DNA of 64,000 nucleotides, taken from contig OZ241863.1 of NCBI GenBank assembly GCA_965203055.1, positions 3,968,001 through 4,032,000 of the forward strand, given 5' to 3'. Under the pieces are notes generated by a model. The model did no database searches and was not told the DNA's origin. It saw only the letters and a program-made list of their open reading frames with translations. The position numbers and the translations under genes are program-made. Below are positions 48,707 to 57,265 of the stretch, piece by piece (position 1 is the first letter of the stretch; each line of letters begins with the position of its first letter). Source of the DNA: Spirochaetia bacterium. Its GTDB lineage: Bacteria > Spirochaetota > Spirochaetia > SZUA-6 > Bin103.

Positions 48707-50029
48707 ATGAGTCACACCGAACCTCTGCGTGCAGCCGCGCCGCCGCGGCTTGCCATCTTCCTGGCGGCCGCGTGCCTGCTGTTGCTGGGGTGCACCGCAT
48801 CCATGCCGGCGCAGGACCCTGCGCCGGCTGCGCCGGACCCCGCGGACCCTGCGCCGGCTGCGCCGGACCCCGCGGCCCCTGCGCCGGCTGCGCCGGACCC
48901 CGCGGCCCCTGCCGGCGCGCCCAACCACATCGCCGAGCTCGCGGCCGCGGTCGAGATCTGCCGGGTGCCCAATCCGCATCACCCCGACTCCGCGTTCGAC
49001 GTCACCAAGTCCTCAAAGGACCGCCATGGCGACTACTACATGACGTGGCAATGCCGGGAACCGTGTGACGACTGGCGCCAGTGCCACGTAGAGGCGCGCG
49101 CCAAGCGCGGCACCGTGCGCCGGGCGCTGGCGTTCGTGGTCGACGGCATGGGCGGCCACGTGGCCTACACCACCAGCCAGCGCGGCGACCGGACGCTGCT
49201 GCTGCACGGCGGCATGGGCGGCACCAACTACCTGCAGCCCCTGGCCGAAGCGATCGAGCGGAATTCGGACGCCGGCACCGTCATGGTGCGCTGGGAGCCG
49301 GGCTTCGAGCGGGTCTGGGGCTGGTTCACCCGCACCTCGGCGGCAGCGTCGGGGATGCCGGCGGCCAACAAGCGCGTCGCCAGCGTCATCGCCTGGGTGC
49401 ACGAGCACCTGGCCGGGCCCGGCGAGTTCGGCACCGTCGGCTGCAGCATGGGCACGGTGGCCACGTTCGGCGCCGTCTACTGGCACGACGTGGACGAGGT
49501 GGTGGACTACCAACTGTTCAGCGGCGGCCCCGCCCTGTGGGACATCAACGCCGGCTGCGGCCTGCGCACCTACTCCGAGGGCCGGTGCGACGTGGACGCC
49601 GGCGTCACCTGCAGCACCGACGCCGACTGCAGCCAACTCGGGCCGGGCAGCCGCTGCGACGTGCCCCGTCCGATACCGCCGTTCCGGTTGTACCGGCAGG
49701 TGGTCAATCACGTGCACGCCACGCCGGCCTGCGCCATTCCGGGCGACGGCGAAGACTTCATCCCCTACGCCCCCTTCGACCGGAGCAGCTTCGCCTTCAG
49801 CGGCGGCGACTGGGACCTCGACCATCCGGTGGACTTCGCCATGGACGTGCGCGGCGGCGACGGGGACGAGAACTGGGCGTTGGGAGACACGATGCGCGTG
49901 TTCGAAGACATCCGGTCGGCGGCCGGACATGACAAGCGCTGGCACGCCACCGTCAACTCCAACCACTGCGCGGCGCTGTTCGACGGCACCGCGCTGGAGA
50001 TGATCCTGGAGCGCATGGACCTGCGCTGA
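48707..50029 (+). CDS. Hypothetical lipoprotein with Pro/Ala repeat linker and alpha/beta-hydrolase-like, Cys-rich body
   Basis: Lipobox LLLGC, HGGMGG, GCSMG, late His (SNHC), C..D.DC motif. Confidence 0.6.
   Translation: MSHTEPLRAAAPPRLAIFLAAACLLLLGCTASMPAQDPAPAAPDPADPAPAAPDPAAPAPAAPDPAAPAGAPNHIAELAAAVEICRVPNPHHPDSAFDVTKSSKDRHGDYYMTWQCREPCDDWRQCHVEARAKRGTVRRALAFVVDGMGGHVAYTTSQRGDRTLLLHGGMGGTNYLQPLAEAIERNSDAGTVMVRWEPGFERVWGWFTRTSAAASGMPAANKRVASVIAWVHEHLAGPGEFGTVGCSMGTVATFGAVYWHDVDEVVDYQLFSGGPALWDINAGCGLRTYSEGRCDVDAGVTCSTDADCSQLGPGSRCDVPRPIPPFRLYRQVVNHVHATPACAIPGDGEDFIPYAPFDRSSFAFSGGDWDLDHPVDFAMDVRGGDGDENWALGDTMRVFEDIRSAAGHDKRWHATVNSNHCAALFDGTALEMILERMDLR
48814..48912 (+). repeat. 30-bp coding tandem repeat, about 3.3 copies ((D/A)PAPAAPDPA)
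   Basis: gg(a/c)ccctgcgccggctgcgccggaccccgc repeated with no spacers. Confidence 0.9.
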
Positions 50030-50046
50030 GCGCCCGGCAGGCGTCC

Positions 50047-50991
50047 ATGACCTTCAACACGACCAACACCACCTTTCGCCAGTTGATGGGCAACGGGCTG
50101 AGCTATCGCGTGCCGCCGTTTCAGCGCGACTACTCCTGGGGACCCGACGAGTGGGACGACCTGTGGAACGACCTCGCGGAGCCGGCCCACTACCTGGGGT
50201 ACTTGGTACTGCAATCGACCGACAACCGGACGTTCGCGATCATCGACGGACAGCAGCGCATGACCACGCTCAGCCTGCTGATGCTGGCCGCGGTGGCGCA
50301 CCTCACCGAACTGGCCGCTCCGGACACCGCCGACGACCCGGAACTGCGGCGCGCCGCGCAGCTGCGCGCCAACTACCTGGGTTACCTCGACCCGGTGAGC
50401 CTGGTGCCGCGCTCCAAGCTGACGCTCAACCGCAACGACGACCGCTTCTACCAGGACTACCTGGTGCCGCTCGAACGCCTGCCGCAGCGGGGATTGAATC
50501 ACCACCTCGGCGGAGCGGCGGACACGATCAGGGAACTGCGCAGCGTCTACCCTGACGACGGCGAGTTCCGGGCGGCCTTCGCCGACAAGGAGCTGCGCAC
50601 CACCAGCAGCCGCAACCGCAAGGTGGCGCGGTATCTGCTGTTCCGGCTGGAACGCCACGTATCAGGAGAGGACTTCGACTTCGAGAGCGCGCAGTACGAC
50701 CTGGAGCACGTGCTGCCGGAGTGGCCCGGCGAAGCCTGGGAGCAGTTCGACGACCGGCAGCGCGAATCGTTCACCTACCGGCTCGGCAACCTCACGCTGC
50801 TGGCCGCGGCCGACAACCGCGCCGCGGGAAACGCCGACTTCGCCGCAAAGCGCCCCACCTACGGCGACAGCCGATTCGCCGTTACGCGCAAGATCGCGGG
50901 AGATTACGATGCCTGGACCGTCGACAAGATCGCCTCCCGGCAGCGCTGGATGGCGCGCCAGGCGACCAGCATCTGGCGCCTGGACTTCTGA
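50047..50991 (+). CDS. DUF262/DUF1524 (GmrSD-like) protein with apparent in-frame internal deletion
   Basis: VPPFQRDYSW, IIDGQQR, then directly the HNH region DLEHVLP..RLGNLTLL..N; only 314 aa. Confidence 0.75.
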   Translation: MTFNTTNTTFRQLMGNGLSYRVPPFQRDYSWGPDEWDDLWNDLAEPAHYLGYLVLQSTDNRTFAIIDGQQRMTTLSLLMLAAVAHLTELAAPDTADDPELRRAAQLRANYLGYLDPVSLVPRSKLTLNRNDDRFYQDYLVPLERLPQRGLNHHLGGAADTIRELRSVYPDDGEFRAAFADKELRTTSSRNRKVARYLLFRLERHVSGEDFDFESAQYDLEHVLPEWPGEAWEQFDDRQRESFTYRLGNLTLLAAADNRAAGNADFAAKRPTYGDSRFAVTRKIAGDYDAWTVDKIASRQRWMARQATSIWRLDF

Positions 50992-50996
50992 ATCCG

Positions 50997-53900
50997 ATGG
51001 ACGCCAGCGAGAAGTTTCAGCATCTGTTGCGGGAGCTCTTTCAGTTCGATTGCGCTGACCTGGATTTCGGCATCTACCGGATCATGAACCACAAGCGCGG
51101 CGTGATCGAGAATTTCATCGCCGAAGACCTGCCGCGCACTGTCGCGGACGAGCTGCAGCGCGGCCCGCTGGCCGATCAGGCGCAGGCCGTCGAGCGCCTG
51201 CAGGAGCTTGCCCGGCAGATCCGGGATGTCCTGGGCGGGAATGCGCTCGACGCAGACGGCAACTTGGCGGTGACGTATCGAGACACCCCTTTGGGCAGGA
51301 AATACCTTCGGGCGAAGCGGACCGGCGGCCTCAGCCGGGACACGCTCGAGGCAGCCATCTACAACCATCTGTATGCGTTCTTCAGCCGCTACTATCAGGA
51401 CGGTGACTTCATCTCGAAGCGGCGCTACTCCGGAAGCCAGCGCTACGCCATTCCCTACAACGGCGAAGAGGTCTATCTGCACTGGGCGAACAAGGACCAG
51501 TACTACGTAAAATCCGACGAGCATTTCCGCAACTACACCTTCACGCGGCAGGGCGTCAGCGTGCACTTCACGGTACGGAACGCGAACGTGGAACAGAACG
51601 ACGTCAAGGGCGACAAGCGGTTCTTCCTGCCGCAGGTCGCAGAGATCACCTGCGATGCGGAAGCCGGCCGTGTGCTGATCCCGTTCGAATACCGGCCCCT
51701 GACCGGCCGGGAGGAGACCGTCTACGGCCGCAGGAACCAGCAAGAAGCGATCATCCGCTCCGCCCTGACCGAGATTCCCCGACGGTTGCGCGGCGCCGAC
51801 GCGGCGGTAGCGGCGCTGACGGCCGAGCGCCACCGCAACGGCGAAGGCCGGCCGGTTGATTTCCTCGAGTACCACCTCCGCCGCTACACGCGGCGCAATT
51901 CCTCCGACTTCTTCGTTCACAAGAACCTGCGGGGGTTCCTCACACAGGAGCTCGATTTCTATCTGAAGAACGAGGTGCTCGACCTGGATGAAATCACCGC
52001 CGTCGGCGACGACGTGGCCGAAGGTTGGTTCCAGCTCATGCGGACGATCAAGGCGGTGGGCGGGCGCATCATCGAGTTTCTGGATCAGATCGAGAGCTTC
52101 CAGAAGATGCTGTGGGAGAAGCGCAAGTTCATCACCGAGACCCAGTACTGCATCACCATCGGCACCATCGACAGGAGCTTCTATCCCGACATCGCCGCCT
52201 GCGACCCGCAGTGGGCGGAATGGAAGGGACTGTTCCAAATCGACGAGGATGCGGTGAATCTGTTCAACTGCAATGGCGACCGCACTGACCGGCGCGTGTC
52301 CTTCCTGGAAACCCATCCGACGCTGGTACTCGATACCCGGCACTTCGATTCCGGCTTCGTGGATCGGTTGCTCAACGACGTGGATCACGTCGACGATCGA
52401 ACCGATGGTCTGTTGATTCACAGCGAGAACTTTCAGGCGCTCGGCCTGTTGCGCGAATCCTACCGCAACAGGGTCGAATGCGTATACTTGGATCCGCCAT
52501 ACAATACCGGTGACTCGGAGATTCTCTACAAGAACGAGTATCTTCTTTCTTCCTGGTTGACGATGATGGAAAACCGACTCTCTCTCATGATGGGATTACT
52601 CAACGAGGATCCCGTTCTATTCATCGCGATTGACGATTTTGAGATGGTCGATCTCTGTGGACTGATCGACAAGCACTATCCGTTCTTCCGTCGCGAGATG
52701 ATCATCGTCAATCACCACCCCCAGGGCGGCAAGGCGACGCTGTTGGCGAACACCCATGAGTACATGATCAGTTGCGTAAGCAAGGCTTCAGGTCGGACCT
52801 TGGTGGGACGTATCGCGAAAGACGGCGATGAACTTCGACCATTCAAGCGCAGCGGGACCGCTGCGAGCAATTTCCGCTACGCGCGGCCGAACAGCTTCTA
52901 CTCCTTACTGGTCGACCCGGAGACCAGGGCCGTCGTCGGCGCGGAGCCTCCTCCGGCAAGGAATAGTAACGAGTACCCGCGCGGCAATACCGAAGAAGGA
53001 TATGTCCGAGTCTATCCATTGGGAACTCAGGGTGAGGAGCGGGTCTGGCGCCGCTCGTATGAGTCGTGCCTGCCGCTGATCAGAAGCGGCAAGCTGCAGT
53101 GTAGCAACGGCATGACCATCTACCACCGCATCGAAGTGCAGGATCGCAGCGCCGCATTGTTCAGCAACTGGGTCGATTCACGATATAATGCCGGCACCTT
53201 CGGCGCCAATCTGCTTGGCGACATTATCGGAGCCAACAACTCTTTTTCCTACCCGAAGTCGGTTCACACCGTCGGCGACGCCATCTTCGGAGCAGGTATC
53301 GAAGACGACTCCTGTTGTGTCGATTTCTTCGCCGGATCGGGTACGACCGGGCACGCGGTAATCAATCTGAACCGTGAGGATGGCGGAGATCGCAAGTTCA
53401 TCCTGGTCGAGATGGGCCGCCATTTCGATACGGTATTGATGCCGCGCATCAAGAAAGTGACGTTCACCCCGGAGTGGAAAGATGGGAAGCCGGTGCGGAT
53501 GGCGACCCGGGACGAGGCTGAACGCGGCCCGCGCATCGTCAAGTACCATCGCCTGGAGAGCTACGAGGACGCGCTGAACAACATCGCTTTCGACGATGCG
53601 GCCGGTCAGCAGGCGCTGCGGTTCGACGATTACCTGCTCAAGTACCTGCTCAGGTGGGAGACGCGCACCAGCGCGACCCTGCTGAACGTGGAGAAGCTGA
53701 ATCGGCCGTTCGATTACCGGCTGGACGTCCATGCCGACGGCCGGCGTCACGAACGGGTAGCGGACCTGCCGGAGACCTTCAACTACCTGCTGGGCCTGCG
53801 CGTGCAAACGCGCCGCGTGCACCACGACGAAGGGCGCCGCTATCTGGTCTATCGCGGCAGCGTCGAAGACCGGACGACGGTGGTCATCTGGCGGGAGACG

Positions 53901-54068
53901 GAGGGCTGGCGGAAGGAAGAGCTGATTCGGGACAAGGAGTTCGTGACCGAACGGGACCTGACCGCCGGAGCGGACGCGGTGTTCGTCAACGGCGATTCCT
54001 TCATCCCGAACGCGAAGGCCCTGGAGCCGGTGTTCAAGGCGCGGATGTTCGCGCCGTTGGGAAACTGA
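50997..54068 (+). CDS. mod: Type III R-M methyltransferase (Mod), copy 1
   Basis: LRELFQFDCADLDFGIYRIMN, YLDPPYN, YPKS, DFFAGSGTTGHAV in beta-class order; directly upstream of res. Confidence 0.92.
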   Translation: MDASEKFQHLLRELFQFDCADLDFGIYRIMNHKRGVIENFIAEDLPRTVADELQRGPLADQAQAVERLQELARQIRDVLGGNALDADGNLAVTYRDTPLGRKYLRAKRTGGLSRDTLEAAIYNHLYAFFSRYYQDGDFISKRRYSGSQRYAIPYNGEEVYLHWANKDQYYVKSDEHFRNYTFTRQGVSVHFTVRNANVEQNDVKGDKRFFLPQVAEITCDAEAGRVLIPFEYRPLTGREETVYGRRNQQEAIIRSALTEIPRRLRGADAAVAALTAERHRNGEGRPVDFLEYHLRRYTRRNSSDFFVHKNLRGFLTQELDFYLKNEVLDLDEITAVGDDVAEGWFQLMRTIKAVGGRIIEFLDQIESFQKMLWEKRKFITETQYCITIGTIDRSFYPDIAACDPQWAEWKGLFQIDEDAVNLFNCNGDRTDRRVSFLETHPTLVLDTRHFDSGFVDRLLNDVDHVDDRTDGLLIHSENFQALGLLRESYRNRVECVYLDPPYNTGDSEILYKNEYLLSSWLTMMENRLSLMMGLLNEDPVLFIAIDDFEMVDLCGLIDKHYPFFRREMIIVNHHPQGGKATLLANTHEYMISCVSKASGRTLVGRIAKDGDELRPFKRSGTAASNFRYARPNSFYSLLVDPETRAVVGAEPPPARNSNEYPRGNTEEGYVRVYPLGTQGEERVWRRSYESCLPLIRSGKLQCSNGMTIYHRIEVQDRSAALFSNWVDSRYNAGTFGANLLGDIIGANNSFSYPKSVHTVGDAIFGAGIEDDSCCVDFFAGSGTTGHAVINLNREDGGDRKFILVEMGRHFDTVLMPRIKKVTFTPEWKDGKPVRMATRDEAERGPRIVKYHRLESYEDALNNIAFDDAAGQQALRFDDYLLKYLLRWETRTSATLLNVEKLNRPFDYRLDVHADGRRHERVADLPETFNYLLGLRVQTRRVHHDEGRRYLVYRGSVEDRTTVVIWRETEGWRKEELIRDKEFVTERDLTAGADAVFVNGDSFIPNAKALEPVFKARMFAPLGN
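51012..52346 (+). repeat. Outer inverted-repeat arm (mod N-terminal region), pairs with 58950-60095
   Basis: Near-identical DNA apart from two indels; includes a 62-bp perfect match, 52166-52227 vs 59036-59097. Confidence 0.9.
53451..54060 (+). repeat. Inner inverted-repeat arm (mod C-terminal region), pairs with 57239-57827
   Basis: Near-identical DNA; for example the 40 bp ending at 54060 match 57239-57278 perfectly. Confidence 0.9.
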
Positions 54069-54070
54069 CG

Positions 54071-57000
54071 GTGCCCCGGCGAAGGGGCGTCAGCGGCGCC
54101 GCCCGCGAGTCCGGCGCGGCGCCGCACGTGAGGCTGGAACAGCGGCTGGTGCTGCTGTCCTGGCTGAACGGGCTGCTCGGCTACCGGAGCAACCGTGACC
54201 TGCTGCGCGATCTGAAGGAGGCCCCGGAAGGGTTCGACGCGGCCGGACGCAGCCATCTCTACCACCGGCTGACGGCGCGCGGCGAGCTGCAGGTGCCGGC
54301 GGCCGATCTGGCCCGATACGACGACAACGTCCGCGCGCACCTTGACGCCATGAACGCCCGCCGCTCCGAGCCGATCACGCTGCGCTACTTTCAGCACGCC
54401 GCGCTCCTCCATACCGAGCTGTTCCTGGATCGATACTTCCATGGCCGGGGTGAGCTGATCCGCTCGCTGAACCGGTTCGCGGCGGACCGGAACGCTACCC
54501 GGCCGTTCGCCGACCCCGCCCCGCGCGACGCCGACTTCACGCAATCGGACCTGAAGAAGCTGGCGTTCTGGATGGCGACCGGCAGCGGCAAGACGCTCAT
54601 CATGCACGTCAACTACCGCCAGTTCCTGCACTACCACCGCCGGCCGCTCGACAACGTCCTGCTGATCACGCCGAACGAGGGCTTGAGCGAGCAGCATCTG
54701 GCGGAGCTGGCCGCCTCGGACATCCGGTGCCGGAGCTTCGACCCGGACGAGAGCGGTCTCATGACGGCCGGGGAGGATGAGGTCCGGGTCATCGAGATCA
54801 CCAAGCTGGTGCAGGAGAAGCGCGGCGGCGGCGTGAGCGTGCCGGTGGAGGCCTTCGAGGGCAACAACCTGATCTTCGTGGACGAGGGGCACAAGGGCTC
54901 CGGCGGCGCCGCGTGGCGCAGCTTCCGCGACGCGCTGGGCGAGACCGGCTTCACGTTCGAGTACAGCGCCACCTTCGGGCAGGCGCTGAGCGCGGCGCGC
55001 AACGACCAGCTCACCGCCGAGTATGGCAAGTCGATCATCTTCGACTACTCGTACCGCTACTTCCACGGCGACGGATACGGCAAGGACTTCCACGTGCTCA
55101 ACCTGCAGGAGGAAGCGGCGGAGGATAGAACCGACCTGCTGCTGCTCGGCAACCTGCTCTCTTTCTACGAGCAGCGGCGGCTGTTTGCGCGGCAGGCGGC
55201 GGCGCTGCGCCCGTACCACCTGGAACGCCCGCTGTGGGTGTTCGTCGGCAGCACCGTGAACGCGGTCTACACCGAGTTCGGCCGGAAGCGCAGCGACGTG
55301 CTCACGGTAGTCCGATTCCTGCACCGCGTATTGGAGAACCGGCGGGGCTGGGTGGTCGGGGCCATCGAGGAGCTGCTCGCCGGCCGGAGCGGTCTGACCG
55401 CGCCGGACGGACGGGACGCGTTCGGCGATCGATTCAAGTATCTGCGCGAAGAATCCCTGTCGGCCGCGGCCGTGTACCGGGACCTGCTCGCTACGGTGCT
55501 GCACGCGCCGGCGGGAGGCGGCCTGCACCTGTGCGCCATCCGCGGCAGCGCCGGTGAGATCGGACTGAAGGCGAGCGGCGCCGAACACTACTTCGGACTG
55601 ATCTACGTCGGCGACGCCGCCGCCTTCAGGAAACTCGCCGCGGCCGACGACTGCGGAATGACGTTGGAAGAGGACGTGGTCAGCGGCTCGCTGTTCGACG
55701 CCATCGGCCGTCCGGCCACCACCATCGACGTGCTGATCGGGGCGAAGAAATTCATGGAGGGCTGGAACTCGTGGCGGGTGGCGAGCATGGGACTGCTCAA
55801 CATCGGCCGCAAGGAGGGATCGGAGATCATCCAGCTCTTCGGGCGCGGCGTGCGCCTGCGGGGCAGGGGACGCAGCCTGAAGCGAAGCGCGGCGCTGGCC
55901 GGCCGGCATCCGGCCCATCTCGGCCTGCTGGAGACGCTCAACGTGTTCGCCGTGCGCGCCAACTACATGACGCAGTTCCGCGCGTACCTGGAACGGGAAG
56001 GGATCGAGACCGAAGGTGACGTCGAGTTGCCGCTCGGCATCAGGACGAACCGGGACTTCCTGCGCCGGGGCCTGGTCGTACCTCGGGTGCCGGAGGAGCG
56101 GAACTTCGCCGCCGAGGCGTATCTCCTGCTGGAGCCGGAGCGGGACCTCCGGGTGCGCGTGGACCTGTCGCTCAAGGCGCAGTCCCTCGAAAGCGGCGCC
56201 GGCGGCCTCACCGCGGTTGCGATGCGCGGCGGCCGGGAGGTGGAAATACCGGACGAAAGTCTCGAGCTCGTCGATTGGCAGCGGGTCTACCTGGAGCTCC
56301 TCGAATACCGGGAACGCAGGGGCTACGCCAACCTCGTCATTCGGCCGGAAACGGCCCGGACGATCATGGAGACGTCCCACCCCGGCCGGCTCTACCGCCT
56401 GACCGCCGACGAGTCAATTGTCGCGCCGACTTCCTTCGCCGGCGCCGAACCGCTCCACGAGGCGGTGCTCTCCATCCTGCGGCACTACCTGGACCGGTTC
56501 TATCGCGTCCGCCGGGAGCGCTGGGAGGCGCAGCACATGGTGTACGCGGAGCTCGACGAGGAGCATGCGAACTTCCGGGACTACACCGTCCGGATCGCCC
56601 GCAGCGAAGTCGAGCTGATCGACGCGATTCAGAAGCTCATCGCCGAAGCGGACCGCATCTACCGGCAGGAGACGCAGGAGTTGCCGGCCGTTCACTTCGA
56701 CCGCCACCTGTACCAGCCGCTGCTGGTGGAGCGCGGCGCCAAGGTACGGAGCGACCCGCCGGGCCTCAACGAGGCGGAACGTCGGTTCGTCGAGGATCTG
56801 CGGCAGTACTGTTTGGCGGAGCGCGACGGATCGCTCGCCGGCAAGGAAATCTATCTCCTGCGCAACCTGAGCAAGGGGAAGGGGATCGGATTCTTCGAGC
56901 GGCGCGGCTTCTATCCCGACTTCATCCTGTGGATCAAGGCCGGCTCCGCGCAGCGCATCGTCTTCGTCGAACCGCACGGCCTGCTGCACGCCGAGGCGTA

Positions 57001-57265
57001 CCGGCATGACGACAAGGCGCGGCTGCACGAATCCCTGCCGGGACTGGCCGCGGCGATGGCGTCACGCACCACGCTGAAGAACGTGACCCTCGACTCCTTC
57101 ATCGTCTCCGCGACCCCCTACGAAGAGGTGCGCACCAGATATGATGACGGCACCTGGGACCGGGAGCGTTTCGGAGACCGGCACATCCTGTTCCGCGAAG
57201 CCGATCCCCGCGGCTACGTCGCCCGGATCGTCACCCCTCCAACGGCGCGAACATCCGCGCCTTGA
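54071..57265 (+). CDS. res: Type III R-M restriction subunit (Res), SF2 helicase plus PD-(D/E)xK-like nuclease
   Basis: FWMATGSGKT, FVDEGH, FEYSATF, KKFMEGW, QLFGRGVR, FYPDFILW..FVEPHG. Confidence 0.92.
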   Translation: MPRRRGVSGAARESGAAPHVRLEQRLVLLSWLNGLLGYRSNRDLLRDLKEAPEGFDAAGRSHLYHRLTARGELQVPAADLARYDDNVRAHLDAMNARRSEPITLRYFQHAALLHTELFLDRYFHGRGELIRSLNRFAADRNATRPFADPAPRDADFTQSDLKKLAFWMATGSGKTLIMHVNYRQFLHYHRRPLDNVLLITPNEGLSEQHLAELAASDIRCRSFDPDESGLMTAGEDEVRVIEITKLVQEKRGGGVSVPVEAFEGNNLIFVDEGHKGSGGAAWRSFRDALGETGFTFEYSATFGQALSAARNDQLTAEYGKSIIFDYSYRYFHGDGYGKDFHVLNLQEEAAEDRTDLLLLGNLLSFYEQRRLFARQAAALRPYHLERPLWVFVGSTVNAVYTEFGRKRSDVLTVVRFLHRVLENRRGWVVGAIEELLAGRSGLTAPDGRDAFGDRFKYLREESLSAAAVYRDLLATVLHAPAGGGLHLCAIRGSAGEIGLKASGAEHYFGLIYVGDAAAFRKLAAADDCGMTLEEDVVSGSLFDAIGRPATTIDVLIGAKKFMEGWNSWRVASMGLLNIGRKEGSEIIQLFGRGVRLRGRGRSLKRSAALAGRHPAHLGLLETLNVFAVRANYMTQFRAYLEREGIETEGDVELPLGIRTNRDFLRRGLVVPRVPEERNFAAEAYLLLEPERDLRVRVDLSLKAQSLESGAGGLTAVAMRGGREVEIPDESLELVDWQRVYLELLEYRERRGYANLVIRPETARTIMETSHPGRLYRLTADESIVAPTSFAGAEPLHEAVLSILRHYLDRFYRVRRERWEAQHMVYAELDEEHANFRDYTVRIARSEVELIDAIQKLIAEADRIYRQETQELPAVHFDRHLYQPLLVERGAKVRSDPPGLNEAERRFVEDLRQYCLAERDGSLAGKEIYLLRNLSKGKGIGFFERRGFYPDFILWIKAGSAQRIVFVEPHGLLHAEAYRHDDKARLHESLPGLAAAMASRTTLKNVTLDSFIVSATPYEEVRTRYDDGTWDRERFGDRHILFREADPRGYVARIVTPPTARTSAP

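Noticed and set aside
48814..48912. 30-bp repeats as a CRISPR array
   Set aside because: No spacers, in-frame coding repeat, no cas genes.
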